A DNA stretch of 64,000 nt, from positions 11,718 to 75,717 of the forward strand of contig JABDKG010000072.1 of NCBI GenBank assembly GCA_013002305.1, in the 5' to 3' direction. Every line of letters begins with the position of its first letter. Positions within the stretch are counted from its first letter, which is position 1. Positions 57,310 through 64,000 of this stretch are shown here, piece after piece. The notes beneath the pieces are model-generated. The model made no database searches and had not been told where the DNA came from. It was given only the letters and a program-made list of their open reading frames with translations. This DNA is from Hellea sp. Lineage in GTDB: Bacteria > Pseudomonadota > Alphaproteobacteria > Caulobacterales > Maricaulaceae. Both the position numbers and the translations under genes were made by a program.

Positions 57310-58557
57310 ATGACAATGGATCTAGGCATGAGCGATCGGGTAAAACCGATCTGGGAAAAAGTCCGCAAAATGGTGCAGGAAGAAATCCTGCCTCTGGACG
57401 CTGAATATCATCACGAAGTCGGCAAAGCGCCCGGCGGACGGTTTGCGTTTACAGACCGCCAAAATGAAATCCGCGAAAGCCTTAAAAAGAAGGCGCGAGA
57501 GCAGGGACTCTGGAACTTCTGGCTGACGGATAGCGAGCGCGGTTTTGGATTGTCGACCGTTGAATATGCCTATCTGGCTGAACAAATGGGTTGGTGCGCA
57601 CTTGGGCCGGAAGTCTTCAATTGTTCCGCGCCTGATACAGGCAATATGGAAGTGATCGAGCGTTACGGCACTGCCGAGCACAAGGAGAAATGGCTTAAGC
57701 CTCTCCTTGAAGGCGAAATCCGTTCCGCCTTTTTGATGACGGAGCCGGATGTGGCATCTTCAGATGCAACAAATCTCGAATTTTCTGCCGTCCGTGACGG
57801 CGACGAGTGGGTTTTAAACGGCGAGAAATACTGGTCATCCGGCGCGGGCGACCCGCGCTGCGAAGTCTATGTTTTAATGGCCCGTACGGCGCCCAAGGGC
57901 GGCGACGTTCCAAGGCATGCTCAACACTCTATGTTCCTGATTGATTCGGATCTTCCGGGCGTTGAGATACTGCGTCCGATGACGGTGTTTGGTCATGACG
58001 ATGCGCCGCACGGCCATATGCATATCCGCTATACCGATGTCCGCATTCCCGGTGACGCCTTGTTGATCGGCGAAGGTCGCGGATTTGAAGTCTCGCAGGG
58101 CCGTCTAGGGCCGGGCCGGATTCACCACTGTATGCGCGCTGTTGGACAGGCGGAGCGGGCACTTGAGCTTATGTGTCGCCGTGCCGTGAGCCGTGAAGCC
58201 TTTGGACGACCACTGGCGAAGCTTGGCGCCAATTACGATATCATTGCAAAGTGCCGCATCGAGATCGAACAAGCCCGTCTTTTGTGTCTTAAAGCGGCCT
58301 GGATGATGGATCAGGGCGACGCGCGCGCCGCAGCGCCGTGGATATCCCAGATCAAAGTGGCCGCGCCGAATATGGCGCTCATGGTCATTGACGAGGCGAT
58401 GCAAATGCATGGCGGTACCGGTATTTCTCAAGATACGCCGCTGGCCATGATGTATGCTCAAATGCGCACGCTCAGATTTGCTGACGGACCGGACGCCGTT
58501 CATCGTATGCAGGTTGCCCGTAAGGAGCTCAAAGGATATACCAATCAAAAGGTATAG
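57310..58557 (+). CDS. acyl-CoA dehydrogenase, FadE2/ACAD10-ACAD11 type
   Basis: Contains GLWNFWL, FNCSAPDTGNMEV, GEIRSAFLMTEPDVASSDATN, RLGPGRIHHCMR and RTLRFADGPDAVH, which are hallmarks of this subfamily as I remember it. Confidence 0.9.
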   Translation: MTMDLGMSDRVKPIWEKVRKMVQEEILPLDAEYHHEVGKAPGGRFAFTDRQNEIRESLKKKAREQGLWNFWLTDSERGFGLSTVEYAYLAEQMGWCALGPEVFNCSAPDTGNMEVIERYGTAEHKEKWLKPLLEGEIRSAFLMTEPDVASSDATNLEFSAVRDGDEWVLNGEKYWSSGAGDPRCEVYVLMARTAPKGGDVPRHAQHSMFLIDSDLPGVEILRPMTVFGHDDAPHGHMHIRYTDVRIPGDALLIGEGRGFEVSQGRLGPGRIHHCMRAVGQAERALELMCRRAVSREAFGRPLAKLGANYDIIAKCRIEIEQARLLCLKAAWMMDQGDARAAAPWISQIKVAAPNMALMVIDEAMQMHGGTGISQDTPLAMMYAQMRTLRFADGPDAVHRMQVARKELKGYTNQKV

Positions 58558-58571
58558 CCAAGGAGGGCGAT

Positions 58572-59057
58572 TTGCCGTCATTTGATATTGTTTCCGAAGT
58601 CGATCATGCAGAGGTCGATAATGCGGTCGCGAATGTGTTGCGCGAAATTTCCGTGAGGTATGATTTTAAGGGCTCGAGATCGACCCTTGAACATAAAGAA
58701 GGCGTGTTAACGGTCTTCGCCGATGATGATCTTAAGCTCAAACAAATGCATGAGATCCTGCGCGGGCAGCTCCACAAACGCGGGATTGAACCGGGACAGC
58801 TGGATTACCAGAAAGTCGAGCCCGCAGCCGGACAATCGGTGCGCCAGAATATTCTGGTCAAAGAAGGCATTGAAAAAGAACTCGCCAAGAAAATCGTCAA
58901 AGATATCAAAGGCGCAAAGATGAAAGTTCAAGTTGCGATCCAAGGCGATGAGCTGCGGGTTTCCGGCAAAAAGCGTGATGATCTCCAAGCGGTTATCCAA
59001 TTTGTCAAAGACCTCGGGCTTGAACAGCCGATGCAATATAAGAATTTCAGGGATTAA
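58572..59057 (+). CDS. yajQ: YajQ family (UPF0234) nucleotide / cyclic-di-GMP-binding protein
   Basis: TTG start. PSFDIVSEVD....NAV.....E...RYDFKG is the canonical YajQ N-terminus. 161 aa. Confidence 0.9.
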   Translation: MPSFDIVSEVDHAEVDNAVANVLREISVRYDFKGSRSTLEHKEGVLTVFADDDLKLKQMHEILRGQLHKRGIEPGQLDYQKVEPAAGQSVRQNILVKEGIEKELAKKIVKDIKGAKMKVQVAIQGDELRVSGKKRDDLQAVIQFVKDLGLEQPMQYKNFRD

Positions 59058-59063
59058 CAGGGC

Positions 59064-59312
59064 ATGATGCGCGTCGTTTTGATTCCGGTTGACGAAATTT
59101 ACGTTCCGGCCTCCAAGAAAAAGGAATTTGACGAGGAAAAAGTCTTGCCTCTCGCCGAGGAAATTCTCGAAAATGATGATCAAAAACCGATCTATGTCCG
59201 AAAAGGCAAAGGCCGGTATGTGCTCCAATCCGGCGTTCACCGGCTTGAGGCTATTAAACTTCTCGGCAGCGATAAAATTAAAGCCTATGTGGTGCAGGCC
59301 CAGAAGTTTTGA
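59064..59312 (+). CDS. stand-alone ParB/Srx N-terminal-domain-like small protein
   Basis: 82 aa. IPVDEIYVPASKKKEFDEEKVLPLAEEILENDDQKPIYVRK..GRYVLQSGVHRLEAIKLLG..KIKAYVV follows the ParB N-domain pattern, but GERRxRA is replaced by SGVHRLEA. Confidence 0.6.
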   Translation: MMRVVLIPVDEIYVPASKKKEFDEEKVLPLAEEILENDDQKPIYVRKGKGRYVLQSGVHRLEAIKLLGSDKIKAYVVQAQKF

Positions 59313-59953
59313 CCACCATTTTCAAGCGCCTTGAGTGGATACCTATTCTTGGAGTTTTGGTGTTCTTCGCCGGACATTTTGTGGCCGCAGCCCATTATCC
59401 CGGTGGTCACCAGTGGGATTATGATTCAAGCGGATATAATGTCCTACTGAATTTCTGGTGCGACCTTATCTGGCCGACCACCTATAATGGTGACCCCAAT
59501 CCAGCCTCGATATATGGAATTGTGACAACCGTATTTCTTACGCTAAGCCTCGCGATATTCTTTATCGAGTTCGCCAGAACCATTCCGATGTCAAAATTAT
59601 CGCGATTAGTCGTTATGGCGAGCGGTTCTGCCTCAATGATTTCGGCGTCGCTTATTTTCACTGAAGCCCATACATATGCGATTTATGCGGCGGGCGCATT
59701 CGGGCTGGTCGCTTTGATCGCGATGTTCAAGGCTTTGGTTCGAAACCGGTATCAAACTTTAATGATCTGGGGCGGGGCGACGATCGCGATTTTGTTATTC
59801 TGTATGCTGCAGCTCTGGCTGAAATTTGCCTATATGACCTATCCTATGGTGCAAAAGATTGCATTTGTAATCGGTCTCACTTGGGTGATTGCGATATGTC
59901 TCAAAATTACTGAATTAAAACGGGCAAATATCTCGCAGGCAAATCAGAATTAA
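59309..59953 (+). CDS. polytopic membrane protein (possibly DUF998-like), hypothetical
   Basis: 214 aa, about 6 TM helices. The TTG start overlaps the stop of the ParB-like gene by 4 nt. Confidence 0.5.
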   Translation: MTTIFKRLEWIPILGVLVFFAGHFVAAAHYPGGHQWDYDSSGYNVLLNFWCDLIWPTTYNGDPNPASIYGIVTTVFLTLSLAIFFIEFARTIPMSKLSRLVVMASGSASMISASLIFTEAHTYAIYAAGAFGLVALIAMFKALVRNRYQTLMIWGGATIAILLFCMLQLWLKFAYMTYPMVQKIAFVIGLTWVIAICLKITELKRANISQANQN

Positions 59954-61641
59954 TTGGCCTTGGCTGAATAGACCACCGCCCCGTTCACAATTGTCATAAC
60001 CGTCTTTACGTCCAGAATTTCGGTTTCAGCTATTGTCATAATATCCCGGTCAAAGACGGTAAAATCCGCCGATTTTCCGGCTTCGATAGTACCGAGACGA
60101 TCGTCTTCAAATGCCGCGTAGGCAGGCCAGATTGTAAACATTTTGAGGGCTTCCTGACGCGTAACCTTTTCGCCATCATTCCAGTTCTGATTTGAATAGC
60201 CTTTGAGGTCCTTTCGCGCGACGGCCGCGTAAAACTCGATCCTGGTGTCGCCGACCTCAACCGGGGCGTCTGAGCCCCCGGCAATAATCGATCCGCTGTC
60301 GATCAAGCTGCGCCACGCATATCCGCCCGCTAACCGCTCTGGTCCCAATCGGTCGACTGCAAAATGCAAATCGCCGATAGCATGGGACGGCTGCATAGAG
60401 GGGATAACGCCAAGCTTGGCAAAACGCGGAATATCTTCGAGCGCAATAATTTGGGAGTGCTCGATCCGCCACCTGGGTTCGGCAATCGCGCGTTCGGACG
60501 CTGGTACGGCGTCCATTGCTTCTTCATACCAATCAAGGACCAATCGATTGGCTTTGTCGCCAATGGCATGGGTATTGACCTGTACGCCGTCTTTCAGGGC
60601 TGATTTTAAAACAGGCATGATCGTGTCATAAGTAGTGAGCATCAGGCCGATATTTTCCGGATCATCTTCGTAAGGAGCGAGCAGGGCTGCCCCGCGAGAC
60701 CCTAAGGCGCCATCGGCATACAGCTTAATACTGCGCCGCGTAATCAGATTATTGCGATCGGGGTTAGCGGCAAATTCGCTTGTCTCAAATCCACCGCCAA
60801 TATCGGTTGACGCATAGACGCGGATTTTAACGTTGCCCGCATTGGCTTCTTCCTGAACTAAGGAAATGCCAGCCGGATCGAATGACATGGAGTGGATATT
60901 GGTCCAGCCGCGGCTGGCATAAAGATCAGAGGCCTTTTTCATAGCCGTGCGAATGCGAGGTTCGGTGATAGTTGGCATAAGGTCGCGAACCAGCGCATCG
61001 GCCTTGTCAATCAACATGCCGGTCGGGTTCCCAGCATCGTCTTTAAGGACATCGCCGCCAAACGGAATTTCAGTGTCTGCCGTGATATTAGCGGCCTTTA
61101 ATGCCGCGCTGTTCACGACGAGGGCGTGGCCATCTGCGCGCTCCAAAATGACCGGATTGTCCGGCGCTATCTCGTCTAGATCCAGACGGTTTGGGAAACG
61201 TTTTTCAGGCCAGTGCGTTTCGATCCATCCGCGCCCATAAAGCGTCTCGCCAGCCGGTAAATCTTTGATCGCGGCGCTGACCCGGGTTTTTAGCTCTGCG
61301 ATAGATAATGTGCCTTCAAGATTTAGGGTCATCTCCCGAAGACCGATACCGACGAAATGCCCGTGTGCGTCGGTAAATCCCGGATACATGGCGCTACCAG
61401 CAAGATTGATCATCTCGCCGCTGTCACACCAATTATCGGTAGCTGCGCCGGCATAGCGAATGACCCCGTCCTTAACCCTTACGGCTTCGACTGTCGGGGC
61501 GCTGTCAATCGCTGTGTAGATTGGCCCGCCCGTATAGCAGCTTTCGCCCTCATAAGTGACATCTGAGCCTTTGCCGGATGAGCAGGCGGTCAAACCCATC
61601 ACAAGAGCGCTGGAAAGAATAAAGTGCAAGCGATATGACAT
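59950..61641 (-). CDS. amidohydrolase family lipoprotein (Amidohydro_3/YtcJ-like)
   Basis: Lipobox LTAC. Contains FTDAHGHF (HxH metal site), HAIGD and GSDAPV. Confidence 0.85.
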   Translation of the reverse strand: MSYRLHFILSSALVMGLTACSSGKGSDVTYEGESCYTGGPIYTAIDSAPTVEAVRVKDGVIRYAGAATDNWCDSGEMINLAGSAMYPGFTDAHGHFVGIGLREMTLNLEGTLSIAELKTRVSAAIKDLPAGETLYGRGWIETHWPEKRFPNRLDLDEIAPDNPVILERADGHALVVNSAALKAANITADTEIPFGGDVLKDDAGNPTGMLIDKADALVRDLMPTITEPRIRTAMKKASDLYASRGWTNIHSMSFDPAGISLVQEEANAGNVKIRVYASTDIGGGFETSEFAANPDRNNLITRRSIKLYADGALGSRGAALLAPYEDDPENIGLMLTTYDTIMPVLKSALKDGVQVNTHAIGDKANRLVLDWYEEAMDAVPASERAIAEPRWRIEHSQIIALEDIPRFAKLGVIPSMQPSHAIGDLHFAVDRLGPERLAGGYAWRSLIDSGSIIAGGSDAPVEVGDTRIEFYAAVARKDLKGYSNQNWNDGEKVTRQEALKMFTIWPAYAAFEDDRLGTIEAGKSADFTVFDRDIMTIAETEILDVKTVMTIVNGAVVYSAKAN

Positions 61642-61700
61642 GGATTTCCCCTAACAATGAAAGGGAATTCTTATAGAGATTAGATTTGTCTGTCGAGTTT

Positions 61701-63722
61701 TTAAGCGGATTTCGCCATCGGAATGCGCGCGTTCCGATTTGCCAGAACCTTGTCAATCGCTTCGAGAATGTCAGCCAGCTTGATCGGTTTAGCGACCGCA
61801 AAGTCCATGCCGATATTCAGACAAAGCCTTTGCTGTTGATATTGCGGGTCAGCGGTTACGGCAACGATCAAAACGTCAGACCAAGATTTGGGGCTGCTGC
61901 GAATGGCCAAGGTCGCTTCGATTCCGTCCATGACCGGCATGTGAATATCCATTAGAATAATATCGATATCCTGGACGTCCAAAATATCCAAGACATCCTG
62001 CCCGTGATTGGCGGTGTAAATTTCGGCAACAACCGTATCGAGCAAAGATTTGACCACCATGTGATTGGTTGGGTTGTCATCGGCGACAAGAATTTTCAAT
62101 CGGGAATAGGGGGTATCTTTGACGTCTTCGGCTGAGTCCATAATCTGATCAAATAATGTGTCGGACGTCACGTCGCTCTCTTCCGATTTCAACCGGATCG
62201 GCAATGACAGTACAAAAACAGAGCCCTTTCCAATTTCAGATTTTACCGAAATTGTGCCGCCCATTCGTTCGATCAGGTTTTTCGTGATGTTCATGCCAAG
62301 GCCAGTCCCGCCAAACCGGCGTGAGATAGATTCGTCACCTTGTTGGTATGCTTCAAATATTCTGGACCGCTGATCGTCGGTCATGCCGATACCTGTGTCC
62401 TTGACGGCCAAAAGCAAGGACGGCGCGCCATTTCTGTCGACGCGCGTACAGATGACATTGATTGTCCCGCCGGGGCTAAATTTGATCGCGTTGGAGAGTA
62501 AATTATTTAAACATTGCTCATATCGATAGCGGTCGACAAAAAGCTCGTCCGGTACGCTCTCATCCACATGGCATAAGATTTTCGTATTGTTAGCTTTGGC
62601 TTTGCTTTCCCACAGTTCGCAAATTTGCTCGACCGTTTTTCCGATATTTTCCAGTTTCGGGTCTACGGTAAATTGATCTGTATCCAGCTTACTATGATTA
62701 AGCGTGTCATCCAGAATGTTTAGAATACTGCCCGCAGAGTTTTGAATGAGCTCAAGTTTGGGCACGATTGCCGGGCTTTTATTATGATGGATTAAGGCGT
62801 CGGCAATACCGATAACGGCGTTCATAGGCGTTCGGATTTCGTGGCTGATGCGTGCCAGAAAATGGGTTTTTGATTTTAAGGCTTCTTCGGTTTGCTCCTT
62901 GGCGAGTTCGATTTCATTTCGAGATGTTAAGTCGTCAGTTATATCTTCGAAAAATCCGATCAAATGGGAAAAACTTCCGGATTGATTATATAGGGGCCGT
63001 ATATTGAAGTTCAACCACCGCGTCCCGTGCATTTGCGTGCGAATTCGCAGGATTAAAGAAAGCGGTTTTCTTTGCTCGACCGCATTTTTCCACTCATGTT
63101 CGGCCTTGGCAGCGTCATCTGGTACGAAAAATGGCCAAAATCCTTTTTGGCGTAAAAGTTCAAATTCATCAGCGGTCAGAATATTCTCCAGATATTTACT
63201 GGAAATTGTCATCTCATTAGAATTGAACATGTAATTAAAATATCCGGACTCGCCCATCTCCAAAGCCATATCCAGAGATTCTTGATTGCGCCGGATTTCG
63301 GTGACGTCTTCTGAAAATAAAGTGATAATGCCGCCGCTAGATTTTACGGCACTGAATTTCAATATGCGCCCATTCGCCGGCGTTATATTATCAAATATGG
63401 CTTCCTGATCGTCCACTTCGCGGAATCGATCTAATACACCTTGTACATTGGTTTCGCCGGATTGAATTTTGAAATCACCGCGCTGGGCCATAAAATTGAG
63501 CCAGTCACCTATGTTTTTTGATCCAGTAATGATTTGATCTGGAAGCGCACAATGTTTCAATAAATGACCATTGTGAAAAACGATTTGGTTTTTTGGTCCG
63601 AACATAGCCATGCCAAGGCCAAAGACGCTGCCGATTTTTTGCAACCATTCCGGAGCGCGTTGCTGAATTTGAAGGTCAAATTCAGCGTTGGGCTTGAATA
63701 ATTGCTGGTCGTCTGAAGTCAT
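61701..63722 (-). CDS. hybrid sensor histidine kinase/response regulator with N-terminal PAS-like domains
   Basis: H-box FLARISHEIRTPMNAVIG, N-box LLSNAIKF, G-boxes DTGIGM and GGTGLGM, and a receiver ILVADDNPTN...ILMDIHMPVMDG. Confidence 0.9.
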   Translation of the reverse strand: MTSDDQQLFKPNAEFDLQIQQRAPEWLQKIGSVFGLGMAMFGPKNQIVFHNGHLLKHCALPDQIITGSKNIGDWLNFMAQRGDFKIQSGETNVQGVLDRFREVDDQEAIFDNITPANGRILKFSAVKSSGGIITLFSEDVTEIRRNQESLDMALEMGESGYFNYMFNSNEMTISSKYLENILTADEFELLRQKGFWPFFVPDDAAKAEHEWKNAVEQRKPLSLILRIRTQMHGTRWLNFNIRPLYNQSGSFSHLIGFFEDITDDLTSRNEIELAKEQTEEALKSKTHFLARISHEIRTPMNAVIGIADALIHHNKSPAIVPKLELIQNSAGSILNILDDTLNHSKLDTDQFTVDPKLENIGKTVEQICELWESKAKANNTKILCHVDESVPDELFVDRYRYEQCLNNLLSNAIKFSPGGTINVICTRVDRNGAPSLLLAVKDTGIGMTDDQRSRIFEAYQQGDESISRRFGGTGLGMNITKNLIERMGGTISVKSEIGKGSVFVLSLPIRLKSEESDVTSDTLFDQIMDSAEDVKDTPYSRLKILVADDNPTNHMVVKSLLDTVVAEIYTANHGQDVLDILDVQDIDIILMDIHMPVMDGIEATLAIRSSPKSWSDVLIVAVTADPQYQQQRLCLNIGMDFAVAKPIKLADILEAIDKVLANRNARIPMAKSA

Positions 63723-63818
63723 ATGAATTAAGGAGCCTTCACGCCAAATTGTTTAAGTTCTGTTTTTCGGGTTTAAGGTTAATTTTTCGTCAAGGAATGA
63801 CGGGATGTCGAGGGTTGT

Positions 63819-64000
63819 ATGGTTGATCAATATGATATGCTTATCGTCGGGGGCGGCATCAACGGTACGGCTATTGCGCGCGACGCTTCAGGGCGCGGAC
63901 TCAATGTCCTTCTATGTGAGAAAGATGATCTCGCCAGCCACACTTCTTCGTCCAGTACCAAGCTGATACATGGCGGCCTGCGCTATTTGGAATATTACGA
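63819..64000 (+). CDS. glpD: glycerol-3-phosphate dehydrogenase, N-terminal fragment (3' end outside the window)
   Basis: Translation [60 protein letters not shown] contains the FAD dinucleotide fold and a GlpD-type N-terminus. Confidence 0.85.
   Translation, partial: MVDQYDMLIVGGGINGTAIARDASGRGLNVLLCEKDDLASHTSSSSTKLIHGGLRYLEYY

Overview
This 64-kb window is a compact, gene-dense stretch of an alphaproteobacterial chromosome: about 70 CDS, with intergenic gaps mostly under 150 nt and many ATGA or 4-nt overlaps. Gene content and synteny look like a marine Caulobacterales/Hyphomonadaceae-type organism, but the taxon cannot be proven without a database search.

Most of the window is conserved core genome:
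- cysE-DUF3126-gamma-CA
- erpA and a dgt-like gene
- SPOR-nagZ-scpA-scpB-tatABC
- folA-hflK-hflC-DUF2065-Do protease
- serB and miaA
- mreBCD-mrdA-rodA
- an Mla/MCE-type ABC lipid transporter
- a DEAD-box helicase, a beta-carbonic anhydrase, pckA, yajQ, a hybrid histidine kinase and the start of glpD

I saw no rRNA, tRNA, CRISPR array, transposase, integrase, toxin-antitoxin pair or recognisable defence island. I cannot honestly point to a clear-cut new 'system'.

The less ordinary parts, in order of interest:
1. 50.7-52.3 kb: a membrane-anchored protein with histone-H1-like Lys/Ala repeats, an HhH-like module and a DUF2853-like end, translationally coupled to an unlisted 56-aa membrane ORF.
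2. 52.4-58.6 kb: a cluster of two SDRs, an APH-type kinase, a probable heteromeric ACAD pair and an ACAD10/11-type dehydrogenase. It looks like a split version of the kinase-dependent 4-hydroxyacyl-CoA pathway.
3. 31.1-33.4 kb: a 763-aa membrane-anchored coiled-coil protein with TipN/GPR-like architecture.
4. 41.5-50.6 kb: a co-directional string of secreted peptidases (M28, M1) with an AT-rich GT2 glycosyltransferase, a Tat-signal DUF6702-like partner, and a tightly coupled GST-VOC-beta-propeller trio.
5. 59.06-59.95 kb: a stand-alone 82-aa ParB/Srx-like protein coupled to a membrane protein.
6. 18.51-18.61 kb: an sRNA-like structured element downstream of miaA.

All family assignments come from motifs I read in the translations and from memory of those families. 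No searches were run. Coordinates of hairpins may be off by 1-2 nt.
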